Part shown: in pieces, positions 10,699-23,851 of the stretch
How the letters are laid out: each line of letters begins with the position of its first letter
Numbering within the stretch: the first letter of the stretch is position 1
Source of the DNA: Methanothermococcus sp. Ax23
Lineage (GTDB): Archaea > AGJL01 > Methanococci > Methanococcales > Methanococcaceae
Assembly (NCBI RefSeq): GCF_049075655.1
Contig: NZ_CP157522.1
Location: 768,001-832,000 of the forward strand
Direction: 5' to 3'
Length of the DNA stretch: 64,000 nucleotides
Notes under the pieces: generated by a model
What the model was told of the DNA's origin: nothing
Seen by the model: the letters and a program-made list of their open reading frames with translations, nothing else
Databases searched by the model: none
Made by a program: the position numbers and the translations under genes

Positions 10699-11637
10699 TT
10701 AAATATTGGTAATTCCTTTTTCTTTAAGTCTATTTACTACATCATCCCATGATGGAAAATTAGTTTGACAGCCTTTTTTCTCTACAACAAAGGAAGCTAC
10801 GCAAGATGCAATAAGCCCACAATCTTTTAAATCATATCCTTTTAAATAGGCGGTTAAAAATCCTGCTCTGTAACTATCTCCTGCTCCTGTTGGGTCTATA
10901 ACATTCGTAGGAATTGCAGGAACTTTTATTTCATCACCATCATGGTAAATAATACTTCCATCTTTACCGTAGGTTATTATCAAGGTATTTATTTTTTCCA
11001 TGAGCTCCGCCGAATCTATATCCAATAACTTCAAAACTCTTTCATACTCATGGTTGTTCATAAACATGAAATCTAAATGGTTTATTATTGATTCCATATC
11101 CTCCTTACTATACAAAGGTAAATCCTGTCCAGGGTCAAAGGATACCAGAGTTCCACAATTTTTTGCCTTTTCCGCACATTTCACATTAAATTTTGGGTCT
11201 CCCGTTGCCAGATGAACAATATCTACATTAAAATTTGGAGGATTTAATTCTCCATAATGTTTAGCTGCTCCCCATAAAAAAAAGGTTATCTGGTTATTAT
11301 GGGGGTCTGTAAAAATCCATGCCTTTGGTGTTTCTTCTTCATCGGAGTGATATACATTGGATACATCAATATTTAAATTTTTTAAATAGCTGCTATATCC
11401 TGAGTTTATAAAATCATAACCTACGCATGAAACAATGCCTGATTTTAATCCTAATTTAGCCACTCCAACTGAAACATTGCAGGCGGCTCCTCCATAATAT
11501 TTTTTAGCAGAAGGTATCTGAACAGAGGTATTTGGTTCAGGGAAGCTTTTAACATTAAATATATAATCAAGTGCTATATGTCCCACAGAAATTATTTTTT
11601 TATTATTGGTTTCATTGGTATCCATATATTCACTCAT
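10699..11637 (-). CDS. PfkB-family nucleoside/carbohydrate kinase
   Basis: [23 protein letters not shown]. Confidence 0.9.
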   Translation of the reverse strand: MSEYMDTNETNNKKIISVGHIALDYIFNVKSFPEPNTSVQIPSAKKYYGGAACNVSVGVAKLGLKSGIVSCVGYDFINSGYSSYLKNLNIDVSNVYHSDEEETPKAWIFTDPHNNQITFFLWGAAKHYGELNPPNFNVDIVHLATGDPKFNVKCAEKAKNCGTLVSFDPGQDLPLYSKEDMESIINHLDFMFMNNHEYERVLKLLDIDSAELMEKINTLIITYGKDGSIIYHDGDEIKVPAIPTNVIDPTGAGDSYRAGFLTAYLKGYDLKDCGLIASCVASFVVEKKGCQTNFPSWDDVVNRLKEKGITNI

Positions 11638-12358
11638 AATCATCACCTGCAATTTTAATGGCTTCACTTAGGTCTATAAGATTTTTATAAATTGCAGAGC
11701 CTACAACTACGCCTTCAACTCCTATTTCTTTTAATTTTAAAAGGTCATCGTAGGTAGTTATTCCCCCAGAGGCTATAATTGGTATATTGAGTGCATCTAC
11801 AAGCTCTTTAACAGGTTCAATATTTATGCCCTTTAAGAGACCTTCAACATCTACATTTGTAAATAAAATACTTCCAGCTCCTTTTTCTTCCAATATTTTT
11901 CCAATTTCAACAGGTGAGTATTCTGTTTTTTCTTTCCATCCTTTTATTACAACTTTTCCATCCTTTGCATCCAGAGCAACCATTATTTTTTCTTTTCCAA
12001 CCTTTTTTGATAATTCTTCTACAATATCGGGATTTTCAACTGCTGATGTTCCCAAAATAACTCGTTCTGCCCCAATATTTATAAGGTTCAACGCATCATC
12101 AACTGTCCTTATACCTCCGCCAATCTGAACAGGGACGGATACTGACTTTATGATTTCCTTTATTATTTCTTCGTTCGTATTTGTTTGATATATCGCTTTA
12201 TCTAAATCAACTAAATGAATCATCGGAGCTCCTTTACTTATCCATTTTTCTGCAATTTCTAATGGATTGTCGAGCTCTAAATGCTTTTTATCTGGGTTTC
12301 CCTGTATTAACTGAACACATTTTTTGTTTTTTATATCTACTGCTGGAATCACCATCAT
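11630..12358 (-). CDS. hisA: ProFAR isomerase
   Basis: IPAVDI, HLVDLD, QIGGGIR, ASGGI. Confidence 0.95.
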   Translation of the reverse strand: MMVIPAVDIKNKKCVQLIQGNPDKKHLELDNPLEIAEKWISKGAPMIHLVDLDKAIYQTNTNEEIIKEIIKSVSVPVQIGGGIRTVDDALNLINIGAERVILGTSAVENPDIVEELSKKVGKEKIMVALDAKDGKVVIKGWKEKTEYSPVEIGKILEEKGAGSILFTNVDVEGLLKGINIEPVKELVDALNIPIIASGGITTYDDLLKLKEIGVEGVVVGSAIYKNLIDLSEAIKIAGDDYE

Positions 12359-12428
12359 TATTTCACCATGAAAATACTTTTTAAATAATTATATTATATA
12401 ATGATTTCGAAAATAAAATTAACTATAT

Positions 12429-13070
12429 TTACAACAATCCAGATGTATGTATTAATCCAAAAATCCCACTTGATATAATTTCAATGGAAATTGCACTTAA
12501 TATTAATCCCATAAGTCTTACTATTGCTTTTATCCCCGAAGTTTTTAGAATTGTGGCGATATTATCTGATAAATAAAGTATTACCGCAGATAGTAGCGCT
12601 GCTAATAATATTGAAAGGAGTATTGCTAATTTGTCATATATTGTAGTGCTATGCTCCATTAATATAATGCTCGTTGTAATGGTACCTGGACCTGCCAATA
12701 AAGGAATTGCTAGGGGCACTACTGCAATATCATCCAATTGCACCATTTCTTCTTTTTCCTTTGGAGTTTGCCTAGTTTTTGATATTTGGGCATGAAGCAT
12801 ATCCCACGATATTTTTAATATTAAAAGGCCCCCTGCAACCTTAAATGAATCTATTGTAATTCCAAAAAATTCAAATATCCATTTTCCAAAAAATCCAAAG
12901 GTTACCAATGTAAGTATGACCACAACCGCAGATTTTTTTAACAGCGTTATTTTCTCTTTCTCGGTATTGTTTGATGTCCAGATATAAAATAATGGCACAA
13001 GACCTATGGGGTTCATAATAATAAACAAAGAGGTAAATGCATAAATAAAGAAGCTAATGTTAAATTCCAT
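12429..13070 (-). CDS. MarC-family membrane protein
   Basis: NPIG, VPLAIPLLAGPG, RLMGLIL. Confidence 0.9.
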   Translation of the reverse strand: MEFNISFFIYAFTSLFIIMNPIGLVPLFYIWTSNNTEKEKITLLKKSAVVVILTLVTFGFFGKWIFEFFGITIDSFKVAGGLLILKISWDMLHAQISKTRQTPKEKEEMVQLDDIAVVPLAIPLLAGPGTITTSIILMEHSTTIYDKLAILLSILLAALLSAVILYLSDNIATILKTSGIKAIVRLMGLILSAISIEIISSGIFGLIHTSGLL

Positions 13071-13105
13071 TCTTTCACCATTTCCATTAGGAAATTTACT
13101 ATAAC

Positions 13106-14824
13106 TTAGAAATATCTTGCCCTTTTTTCAACATCTTCCATATGCTTTATCACAGTTTTCCACTGAGAATATGTTTTATATCCTTCTAAGATTTTAACCC
13201 ATATGTCCTCAAATCTATCAAAATGAATGCTCAGAATGGATTTTTTTAATACAATCAAATCCACAGCCTTATCTTCTATAAGATTTGAGAATTTTCCAAG
13301 CCCAAAATCTATAATATAGACTTTATTATTTTTGTTAATTTTTTTATCTTTCTTATTATTTTGATTATTTTGATTATATTCTGCATACCCTTGAATATAC
13401 ACCTTATCATTGTTATTATTTTTAGCATCGTAATCCTCCCCTACTATAAAATTTGATGTTGTGAGGTCGTTATGTATTATGTCGTTTTCATGGAGTTTTC
13501 CAATAATTACCCCCATGTCATAGCAACAGTTTAGATTTCCATTTTCTATTTCTTCTTTTGCAAGTTTTCCATCTATGTAGCTCATAGTTATAATATTATT
13601 TTCCTTATCTATATCAAATATATAGGGAGCACAAATATTAAAATCTTTAACAAGTGCTAAAAATTTAGCTTCTTTAATAGTTCTTCTATTTCTAATTGAT
13701 TCATCGAGCTCCTTTATTCTATAATTTTTTATTATCCTTTCCTTTGTAATGGATTCCCATCCTAAATATGATGTTTTTTTAATATCTGCTTCGGCACCCT
13801 TCCCAATTAAATGCTCAGGTATCCTTCTTTTCTCACAAGTGCCGTTTTCAATCCAATTTACTTCTACCATATCACTCCTGTAATTTGGAATTGGTTTTGT
13901 TTCATCAATATTCATTTTTTTTCCATTTTTATACATTAAAAGTCCGAGCCATGCTATCATTGCCCCATTATCTCCGCAGAACTGTTTTTCAGGCACGTAA
14001 AACTTTACATTCTGTTCCTTACACATAATATTTAACATTTCCCTCAGTCGATTGTTTGCGGCAACACCGCCTACAAGCATAACCTCAGGTTTGTTTGTAT
14101 GTGCGAGAGCTCTCTCGGTAATTTCTGTTATCATGGAAAAGGCAGTTTCTTGGATGGAATAACATACATCTTCCAGTTTTTCTCCAGCATTGTATTTCTT
14201 TATTGCAGATGTAAGAAGCCCTGAAAATGTAATGTCCATACCTTTAACGCTGTATGGCAGGTTTATTAATTTTTTTCCTTCTTTTGCATGTTTTTCGACA
14301 TAAACACCCCCAGGATGTGGAAGACCGCAGTTTCTTGCAAACTGGTCTAAACAATTTCCTATTGCAATATCGAGAGTTTCTCCAAAAACCCTATATCTTC
14401 CACAGGTATATCCTAATACCTGAGTATTTCCTCCACTTACATACAAAGTCAGCGGGTCTTTTGCCCCAGTGGTTAGCTTTCCAATCTCCACATGGCCTAT
14501 GCAGTGATTTACTCCAATAATCGGCTTTTTTAGTGATAGGGATAGAGCTCTTGCAGCAGTTGCAGTAACTCTCAAACTTGGACCTAATCCAGGACCTTGG
14601 GAAAATGATATTAAATCTATTTTCTCTTTTGGAATTATATTAAATGCTTCTTTTATTAATTTTGGAAAAGTCTCTGCATGATGGTCTGCCGCCTCCCGTG
14701 GGTTTATGCCTTGAACAGGTGGTTTGTATATTATGGTTTTGTTAAATAAAACATTTCCATCTGAATCTACAACCCCAACACCTGTTTTTTCCGCTGTTCC
14801 TTCCAGACCTAAGCAAATCATCAT
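13106..14824 (-). CDS. kae1: Kae1-Bud32 fusion (t6A synthesis, KEOPS)
   Basis: [27 protein letters not shown], followed by kinase motifs [17 protein letters not shown]. Confidence 0.95.
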   Translation of the reverse strand: MMICLGLEGTAEKTGVGVVDSDGNVLFNKTIIYKPPVQGINPREAADHHAETFPKLIKEAFNIIPKEKIDLISFSQGPGLGPSLRVTATAARALSLSLKKPIIGVNHCIGHVEIGKLTTGAKDPLTLYVSGGNTQVLGYTCGRYRVFGETLDIAIGNCLDQFARNCGLPHPGGVYVEKHAKEGKKLINLPYSVKGMDITFSGLLTSAIKKYNAGEKLEDVCYSIQETAFSMITEITERALAHTNKPEVMLVGGVAANNRLREMLNIMCKEQNVKFYVPEKQFCGDNGAMIAWLGLLMYKNGKKMNIDETKPIPNYRSDMVEVNWIENGTCEKRRIPEHLIGKGAEADIKKTSYLGWESITKERIIKNYRIKELDESIRNRRTIKEAKFLALVKDFNICAPYIFDIDKENNIITMSYIDGKLAKEEIENGNLNCCYDMGVIIGKLHENDIIHNDLTTSNFIVGEDYDAKNNNNDKVYIQGYAEYNQNNQNNKKDKKINKNNKVYIIDFGLGKFSNLIEDKAVDLIVLKKSILSIHFDRFEDIWVKILEGYKTYSQWKTVIKHMEDVEKRARYF

Positions 14825-14970
14825 CTCACCAAAAAATTATAAAATTATAAAATTATAATTGCAGTAAAATTATATATTTCATGCATTGCATTTATGATAT
14901 ACCATTTATGTAATAAATATAATATGTTATTAGTTGTAAAGTATATATATTAATTCAAATAATATATTAA

Positions 14971-16470
<1,500 letters not shown>

Positions 16471-16525
16471 TTAAAATAATAATTTCTTTTTTTTAAACTC
16501 TAAATCTTATTTAAGAGATTCTTTT

Positions 16526-16726
16526 TTATTTTTTATCTTCATAAATAAAAATATCCTCAATTTTAACATTAAAAAATTTTGCAATTTTAAACGCCAATTT
16601 TAAGGATGGGTCGTATCTTCCCTTTTCTATTGATATAATGGTCTGCCTACTAACGCCTAATTTTTTTGCCAAATCATCCTGTGTTAAATCATACATTGCC
16701 CTATAAACTTTAATTTTGTTTTTCAT
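16526..16726 (-). CDS. XRE-family HTH regulator
   Basis: LTQDDLAKKLGVSRQTIISIEKGRYDPSL. Confidence 0.9.
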   Translation of the reverse strand: MKNKIKVYRAMYDLTQDDLAKKLGVSRQTIISIEKGRYDPSLKLAFKIAKFFNVKIEDIFIYEDKK

Positions 16727-16730
16727 AGTA

Positions 16731-17315
16731 TCAACTATATTTTTTGATATAATGAGCATAATACACATAATATGTTGCAAGGGCATACATCATCAATAAT
16801 CCAATGGAATTTCCAGAAATTATCATTTCTCCATATAGTGCGATATACTTAGCCAATATACTATAAAGCGTAATAGTTGCTAAAAACATTATAATTGATT
16901 TAAATGCACTATATCCACTATTTTTTAGTATTTCCATTTTTAACTCGTCGATTTTTTCATTGGGATTTTCTTTTAACATAGGGGTTATTGATACTATTAT
17001 AGTCGTGCAAACAATTGCGGAAAATATAAACTGTATGGTCTCGGAGCTCAGGGCAAATATATATAAAATCCCCATTACTGCACCATAGATAAATGGAATA
17101 TAAACTTCATAAGGATTGTAAAATTCCCCAAATTTCTCCCTGAGCTCACCTTTTTTAATCATTGCAATTAAATACATTATAAAATATGCTAAAATGCCAA
17201 TTATTGAGCCAGAAACTGATAAATCTGGATTATTATTTGAAATATATGCAAATATAAAAAATCCAAACATCATGGATGCAACAAATCCCAATGTAAGTTT
17301 TAAACTTTTGCCCAT
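16731..17315 (-). CDS. Membrane protein (DUF2178-like)
   Basis: Multiple TM helices, IDE..MEI...SG..AF motif, operon with XRE. Confidence 0.6.
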   Translation of the reverse strand: MGKSLKLTLGFVASMMFGFFIFAYISNNNPDLSVSGSIIGILAYFIMYLIAMIKKGELREKFGEFYNPYEVYIPFIYGAVMGILYIFALSSETIQFIFSAIVCTTIIVSITPMLKENPNEKIDELKMEILKNSGYSAFKSIIMFLATITLYSILAKYIALYGEMIISGNSIGLLMMYALATYYVYYAHYIKKYS

Positions 17316-17327
17316 ATTCCCACCGAT

Positions 17328-17882
17328 TTAAGATAAATATTTTTTAAATAAATAATTCCTAAACATTGCAAAATTAAATGCAGTTAATAACATGATTTCC
17401 ACAGTATAATTCATAACATTAACACTGTATGTAATTTTATTGGAGTATAATATAAATAAAAATACATAAACAGTTATCATTAAGATAATGGCAGATATAA
17501 ATGCAAAATGTCCAGATTTTTCTGCAATATGTTCCATAAATTCATCCTCAACATAGGGATACTTTGGAGCATACTTTGAAAAATAAAGCACACCTAAAAC
17601 CACCAAAATACACAGAACCGCCATTATTGTAGTATGAATGTCCATAGAGTTATACACTACATCAAAAACTACCAAACAACCTTCTATAAATCCAATACTT
17701 GCCAATACTGTCAATTTGTATATTTTCTCGGTTTTACCCTCACCAGTTCCTAAAAACCATATCATAAATATTGCAAATAGTGGAATTAAGCACAATCTCC
17801 ACTCATTTAATAGCAATGATAAAATACCAACCGCTAAAATGTCAATTGCAATTATTAGTTTTAATTTATTTTTTATATCCAT
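17328..17882 (-). CDS. Membrane protein (DUF2178-like), paralog of neighbour
   Basis: Multiple TM helices, EDE.MEHI..KSG.FAF motif. Confidence 0.6.
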   Translation of the reverse strand: MDIKNKLKLIIAIDILAVGILSLLLNEWRLCLIPLFAIFMIWFLGTGEGKTEKIYKLTVLASIGFIEGCLVVFDVVYNSMDIHTTIMAVLCILVVLGVLYFSKYAPKYPYVEDEFMEHIAEKSGHFAFISAIILMITVYVFLFILYSNKITYSVNVMNYTVEIMLLTAFNFAMFRNYLFKKYLS

Positions 17883-18009
17883 AATCTCAACTTTATATAT
17901 CATTATAAATTATGATAATAATGTTTTACTTTATGTTAAATATACTTTACATAATGGTATATAAATTTTACTTTCATTAGTATAAAAATAAAAAAATTAA
18001 AAATAAAAA

Positions 18010-18702
18010 TTAATAAAATTCATCCCCGTAATAATCATAATAATATTCCTTAACAATCCACAACTTATTTTTATATTTCTTTGAGAGCTTCAAAGTTTTT
18101 TCAGCTAAGTCCTTATTTTTTCTCTCAAATATTTCTAAAACTATCATTTCCACAATATCGATGGTATCTTTATCATCTGCTTCTAAATACTCAGAAGCTC
18201 CAACTTCATTTAGGAGCTCCAACAATTCATCATCCTTGGAATTTTTTAAAAATTGATTTCTTAAAAAGGACTTAAAGGTAAATATATTTTTCTTTTCAAT
18301 AGGAATAAGTTTTAAAATGGATTTTCCCTTTTCCACAAGATTGTTTTTATTTTGGGTGAGCTCATCCCATAAATTGTATTTTAAAATTATATTTTTTAAA
18401 ACATTTAATATGTCGTCCTTTGATTTATTTTTTAAATTATTGAATAATTCATCCCCGTCAATGTAATTATTGTTATTGTATGCTTCAATTAATGCATAGG
18501 AGTGCTTACAGTTATATTTATAAGGGCAAGAGCATAATCCAGTCCAATCATTCAAATCTACAACTGTATTATATTCATCTCCGCCCATTACCTTACCATA
18601 TAATTTATTTTCAAATCTTACGCAAAATTTAACTAAATTATTTTTATAATAATCCTTTCCTCTTTCTATAATCTTTTTATCGTATATGCTTTCATAATCC
18701 AT
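18010..18702 (-). CDS. SWIM zinc-finger protein
   Basis: ERGKDYY and CSCPYKYNCKH. Confidence 0.85.
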   Translation of the reverse strand: MDYESIYDKKIIERGKDYYKNNLVKFCVRFENKLYGKVMGGDEYNTVVDLNDWTGLCSCPYKYNCKHSYALIEAYNNNNYIDGDELFNNLKNKSKDDILNVLKNIILKYNLWDELTQNKNNLVEKGKSILKLIPIEKKNIFTFKSFLRNQFLKNSKDDELLELLNEVGASEYLEADDKDTIDIVEMIVLEIFERKNKDLAEKTLKLSKKYKNKLWIVKEYYYDYYGDEFY

Positions 18703-18771
18703 AAATATCCCATTACTACATAAATAATTTATATCGACATATATTAAAATCATTAAAAAAAGGTTATTGTT

Positions 18772-19059
18772 ATGAAACCCATCCTTGTAATATTGGGCAT
18801 GTTCTTAATTACTATCGGGTTGTTTGTGCTGACTCTTGGAATGATATATCCCAGCAAATCCAGTGAAAACAATCAGCAGGATGAATATAATGAATACAAT
18901 GAAAAACAGGATGTAGGGTTTTCGGGCGTTGTAATGATAGGTCCTATTCCAATAGTGTTTGGAAATTCTCCATCATTGGCAATATTATCTGTTTTAATTG
19001 CCATAGCAATGATGATTTGGATGTTTCTATTTTACAGCAATATTATAATTAATAAATAA
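18772..19059 (+). CDS. DUF131-type membrane protein
   Basis: GVVMIGPIPIVFG motif between TM helices. Confidence 0.8.
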   Translation: MKPILVILGMFLITIGLFVLTLGMIYPSKSSENNQQDEYNEYNEKQDVGFSGVVMIGPIPIVFGNSPSLAILSVLIAIAMMIWMFLFYSNIIINK

Positions 19060-19084
19060 AAAGAAGGATGATGTAAAATATTTT

Positions 19085-19948
19085 TTATTCATAAACCTTT
19101 GTTCCCATAACTTTTCTTATTTTCTTAAACTCTTCACTTAATTTTTTTGTAATCTCTCCCAGTTCTCCGTGGTTTATAACTCTTCCATCTATTTCAACAA
19201 CAGGCACGAGCTCAGCAGCAGTTCCTGTAATGAATAACTCATCTGCAACATAGAGCTCATGTAGTGTGAGCCTCTCCTCCACAATTGGTATATCCAATTC
19301 TTTTGCCAATTCGATTACAGTATCTCTTGTAATTCCTCTCAAAACACTTGAAGATACTGGTGGGGTCTTTATAATGCCGTTTTTAACTACAAATATATTG
19401 TCCCCAGTTCCTTCTGCAACATATCCTTCGCTATCCAATAAGAATGCCTCATGAACTCCCGCATAATTTGCCTGGATTTTTGCTAAAATACTGTTTAAGT
19501 AGTTTAATGACTTCACAGCAGGGTTTAAAACATCAACAGGCAATCTTCTAACTGATGAAGTAATTACTTTTATTCCATCCTCTCCAAGCAATGGGTTCAT
19601 AGGTTCTGCAATACAGAATATTGTTGGTTTTGGACATTTTCTCGGGTCAAGCCCCAAATCTCCAACTCCTCTTGTAATTACGAGCCTTATATATGCATCC
19701 TTTAAATTGTTTATTTTAACAGTATCAACAACAACCTTTTCCATCTCTTCCTTTGTCATAGGTATTTCCAAAGTAATGGATTTTGCAGAGTCGTATAATC
19801 TGTCGATATGCTCCTTTAATTTAAAAACAACGCCATCATAAGCCCTTATACCTTCAAATATTCCATCACCGTATAAAAGACCGTGGTCATAAACTGAAAT
19901 CTTTGCGTCCTCCTTTTCAACAAATTCGCCGTTTAAATATATCTTCAT
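19085..19948 (-). CDS. ilvE: Branched-chain amino acid aminotransferase
   Basis: [37 protein letters not shown]. Confidence 0.95.
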   Translation of the reverse strand: MKIYLNGEFVEKEDAKISVYDHGLLYGDGIFEGIRAYDGVVFKLKEHIDRLYDSAKSITLEIPMTKEEMEKVVVDTVKINNLKDAYIRLVITRGVGDLGLDPRKCPKPTIFCIAEPMNPLLGEDGIKVITSSVRRLPVDVLNPAVKSLNYLNSILAKIQANYAGVHEAFLLDSEGYVAEGTGDNIFVVKNGIIKTPPVSSSVLRGITRDTVIELAKELDIPIVEERLTLHELYVADELFITGTAAELVPVVEIDGRVINHGELGEITKKLSEEFKKIRKVMGTKVYE

Positions 19949-20046
19949 GAATTCACCTCATAATAGCATAAATTTTTATTTTAAAAATATTTAAATTATT
20001 TAGATATAAATGTTTCCAATTTATCAGATTATATATTTGAATATAA

Positions 20047-21185
20047 CTATTCAGCGGATTCTCCAACTCCAACAAATAATCGATTTCCTCCGCACCTTCC
20101 CTTCCCTGTGGAATATAATGATATGTTATTGTTTCTCGCATATTCTTCAACTTTTTTTCTCCCGCTGTCAGCTGTTTTTTCTCCAAATGATATTATTACA
20201 ACAACATCATCTATCTTTTTAGAGCCAATTATTGGCTGTTTTATCTTCATACTCGACAATTCACTTATATCACTTAAATGAGATATTACGCTGTTTGCAT
20301 CATCAATAAATGGGAAATCTTCTAGATATTTTGCAATAAATCCTATATCTTTCCCCTCTTCTGACCGTATTTTTTTACCTTCACAGGATAGTAGTTAAGT
20401 TTTCCATCTTGATAGTCTTTTATTATGGATTTTGCTGTTCGTTTCATATCGATTATTCCGTTTTTCCCTAAGTAATTTAATTTTTTACCTATTTTTTCTA
20501 TAAACTCTTCATTTATGTCTTCTATATTATTTATCTCGATATTATAGTAATTTTTAACAATATTCTCATCAAATGCATATAGGTTTTTCAGTATCTTTAT
20601 AGCAGGTTCAACAGGATTTTCGATTTTTTCATACCTAAGAGCTCCTATCATCACCAGTTCATCCTCATCCTTAGGTTCAATTACTCCCGGTGTATCGAGT
20701 AATTTTATATTTTTTGTTAGCTTTATCCATTGTTCTCCCTTTGTAAGTCCAGCAACAAGCCCACTAGCCGCACTTTTCTTTCCAGTTAGGGCATTTATTA
20801 GAGATGATTTCCCAACATTTGGATAGCCTACAACTCCAACTTTTCCCTCCTTAATGCCCTTTAATTGAAGGTATTTTTTAATATCGTCCCTCAATATCTT
20901 TGTTCCCTTTTTATGTTTAGAGCTCACAAAAACCACAGATGCCTCTGGATTTTCACTTTTAATTATCTCCTTCCATCTTTCAAGTATTTTTACAGGGACT
21001 AAATCCGCTTTATTTAACACATAAATTAGTTTTTTATTTGATTCTTTTATTTTATCTTCTAAATTTTTATTTCTCGTGCCTTCTGGATTTCTCGCATCTA
21101 ATACTGCTAAAATAATATGGCACTCGTTTATAATTTTGTGTGCTATCTTTTTTGCAGGAACTCTTTTAATTTTCTTACCGCTCAT
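20047..21185 (-). CDS. YlqF/YawG circularly permuted GTPase; apparent 1-nt frameshift near 20350-20356
   Basis: DARNP, NKAD, GYPNVGKSS, DTPG; the C-terminal domain continues in another frame (DIGFIAKYLEDFPF...GVGESAE). Confidence 0.85.
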
Positions 21186-21271
21186 AAAATCACCATAAAA
21201 TAGAATTTTAAATTAATATTAACAAGTAAATAATATTGCACTAAAATAGATTAAAATATAAAATAGCACGA

Positions 21272-21694
21272 TTAATTTTTCACATCGTTTATCTCTTCTT
21301 CTTCATCTTCATCAATAATCTTTCCATTCTTTGTTTTTGGTGCAATATCTTTTATTAGTTTCATTAAATCCTCATCTTCCTCAGCTATTAATTTTACAAA
21401 TATTCCACCGTGTATGTCTTTATCAAAATTAACAAGACCCGCAAAAGCCGCCTGTTTGTTTATGTTGAATTTTGTAGAGTTTCCTACAATTCCCTTTTCA
21501 AGAACCATCCTTGCAGTGTCCAATATTGCCTGACTTCGTAGGAGCTCCTTAAATCTACTTATATCCTCAGCTTCTCCAATTAGCTGATTATCTTCTACAA
21601 CAACTTTTGCATCCTTAAATATGTTTTTCACTGCTTTTATAACTTTTTCCTCGTCTTCTGTTGGTTTAATTCTAGATTTTAATTTGATTATCAT
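21272..21694 (-). CDS. UPF0201/DUF54 putative RNA-binding protein
   Basis: PTEDEEKV, ILDTAR, NKQAAFAG. Confidence 0.8.
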   Translation of the reverse strand: MIIKLKSRIKPTEDEEKVIKAVKNIFKDAKVVVEDNQLIGEAEDISRFKELLRSQAILDTARMVLEKGIVGNSTKFNINKQAAFAGLVNFDKDIHGGIFVKLIAEEDEDLMKLIKDIAPKTKNGKIIDEDEEEEINDVKN

Positions 21695-21703
21695 AATATC
21701 CCT

Positions 21704-22828
21704 TTAAAAAATGTTTTCCATTATTTCCAATGCTTTTTCTATATCCTCGTATTTTGTAGCATATGAAAATCTAATATTATATTTACCGCCATCACCAAAT
21801 GCAACACCTGGCACACATAATATTTTATTCTCTATTAGTTTTTGGGCAACTTCCATTCCATCCCCATATTCCTCAACATTTGGAAATACATAAAATGCAC
21901 CATCAGGAGTAGTTAATTTAAATAATTTTTTCAATCCTTTAACTATTAAATCCCTTCTTCTTCTAAATTCTTTAACCATTTCATAAACACAGCTTTGGTC
22001 TCCATTTAATGCCTCCAATGCTCCATATTGAGCAAAAGATGTTGCACAGGCAAATCCATACTGGTGTATTTTTATCATATTGTCTATTAAATCATATTCA
22101 TTGTTTAAATTATCATTAACTGCCAAATATCCGATTCTCCAACCAGTCATGGCGTATGCCTTTGAAAATCCGTTTATTAATATGCAGTTATCTGTAAATT
22201 CCATAGGTGAATAATGTTTTTTATCGTAAATTATTTTTTCATAGATTTCATCGGATATTATAATAATATTATTATCCTCTGCTATATCACATATTGCCTT
22301 TATTTCGCTTTTGTCCATTACCTTTCCAGTTGGATTTGCAGGGGAATTTAATATAATACATTTTGTTTTATCTGTAATGCAGGTTTTTATCTCTTCAATA
22401 TCTATATTAAACTCTTCATCAAGTTTCATAGAAACAGGTTTAGCCTCGCACAATTGGGTTAAGCTCTTATAGGATACAAATCCCGGGTCAGATATTAAAA
22501 CCTCCTCTCCCTTATTAACTATTGCCATTAAGGACAGCATTAACGCCTCAGAAGCTCCGCAGGTTGTGATAATATTATCTGGACCAATATCAAGGTTATT
22601 GTCATTTTTTAATTTATTGCTTATGCTTTCCCTGAGCTCCGGTATTCCACTATTTGGTGTGTAGTGTGTTTTTCCCTCATCAAGTGCCTTTTTTGCGGCA
22701 TCTATTATATGTTGGGGAGTGTCAAAATCTGGCTCCCCTATGCCCAAATTTATAGAATCCTTTGTAGCCATGTTGAATATTTTCCTTATTTCCGAAGGTT
22801 CTATGTTTTTGCATCTGTTGGAAATCAT
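21704..22828 (-). CDS. Class I PLP aminotransferase (aspartate/aromatic)
   Basis: GEPDF, NSPANPTG, SDEIY, FSKAYAMTGWRIG. Confidence 0.92.
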   Translation of the reverse strand: MISNRCKNIEPSEIRKIFNMATKDSINLGIGEPDFDTPQHIIDAAKKALDEGKTHYTPNSGIPELRESISNKLKNDNNLDIGPDNIITTCGASEALMLSLMAIVNKGEEVLISDPGFVSYKSLTQLCEAKPVSMKLDEEFNIDIEEIKTCITDKTKCIILNSPANPTGKVMDKSEIKAICDIAEDNNIIIISDEIYEKIIYDKKHYSPMEFTDNCILINGFSKAYAMTGWRIGYLAVNDNLNNEYDLIDNMIKIHQYGFACATSFAQYGALEALNGDQSCVYEMVKEFRRRRDLIVKGLKKLFKLTTPDGAFYVFPNVEEYGDGMEVAQKLIENKILCVPGVAFGDGGKYNIRFSYATKYEDIEKALEIMENIF

Positions 22829-22941
22829 AATATCACCATATATTTTTACATATAGTCAATGATTTTTCATTCTTTAATAATCATATTTACTCAAATAATG
22901 TATATATTCTGTTGAAAAGTTTATATATAGAACATTACATA

Positions 22942-23250
22942 TCATACCATCGGTGATATAATAAATATTTTACATTCAGAACAAATATATAATCCACTAT
23001 ACTTCCTATTATTCTTTCTAACTATTCCACAATTGCTACACTTTTGAGAAGTATAGCTTTCCTCTGTAAGTATCACTTTAATACCGTATTCTTCTGCTTT
23101 GTAGGTAATGTATTTGTAAGCAAACCGCGAATCCAGTAGCGGGTAGGAGGGTGCGGGTCTCACCCATTAGGTAGTTTCTACCTATAAAGCAGATGATGTC
23201 CGATTATCTCTTATGATAATGTATGAGATAATTTGGATATCATTTGCATG
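22942..23250. mobile_element. tnpB: IS200/IS605 tnpB relic with adjacent structured GC-rich segment
   Basis: Minus-strand YKAEEYGIKV..EESYTSQKCSNCG..YICSEC is the TnpB RuvC-II/Zn-ribbon region; N-terminus absent; hairpins at 23168-23247. Confidence 0.7.
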
Positions 23251-23384
23251 ACCTACTAACATAGAATAAAAACATATTTCTAAAATAAAAAAATAAAAAT
23301 AAATTAATATTCTTTTATTTCCATTAAGAGTTTAATAATATTTATATATTCAATTTTTATCATTTTTATACATAATATCTCTTT

Positions 23385-23834
23385 TTAGTCCAATTTCTTT
23401 AAATATCGCTTAATAATATTTTCAAGATTAATATCGTATTTTAAATAAAAATCCCTACAAAAACAATATCTAATAATATTTGGACAATTATATATCAGAT
23501 GAATATAGCCATTTTCTATTTTATATACTTTAAACTCATCCCATCGGTAGAATAAAATGCCCGTGGATAATCCTCCTTCGTAAATAGATATTTTTCTTTT
23601 CCAGAAGAAATCAAAAATAATCATTTCTTCCCATAAAAAATATTCCCTTAGCATGTTAATCAGAGCTCCGCTACCTCCCCCACAATTCAACTCAATAGAA
23701 CTTAATATTTGAGTGCATAGCAAATTCCCACGCTTTGAAGTTTTTGCAAGGTCTTTCAATGCAAAATAAACCATTCCAACGATGTATGTTATGAATATAA
23801 ATAATGGACTATATAGTAAGTAGTTGAAATTCAT
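23385..23834 (-). CDS. Membrane protein, paralog 5 of tandem array
   Basis: N-terminal TM; IYEGGL..YRWDEFK.Y..YLKYD.NLENIIK. Confidence 0.65.
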   Translation of the reverse strand: MNFNYLLYSPLFIFITYIVGMVYFALKDLAKTSKRGNLLCTQILSSIELNCGGGSGALINMLREYFLWEEMIIFDFFWKRKISIYEGGLSTGILFYRWDEFKVYKIENGYIHLIYNCPNIIRYCFCRDFYLKYDINLENIIKRYLKKLD

Positions 23835-23851
23835 TTTATCCCCTCATCATA

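Noticed and set aside
14832-14858. Short tandem repeat (aaaattat)x3 upstream of kae1
   Set aside because: Low-complexity AT-rich intergenic sequence with no functional evidence
19953-20259. Short ORFs 19953-20186, 20010-20222 and 20047-20259 as separate genes
   Set aside because: 20047-20259 is the frameshifted GTPase C-terminus; the others are shadow frames
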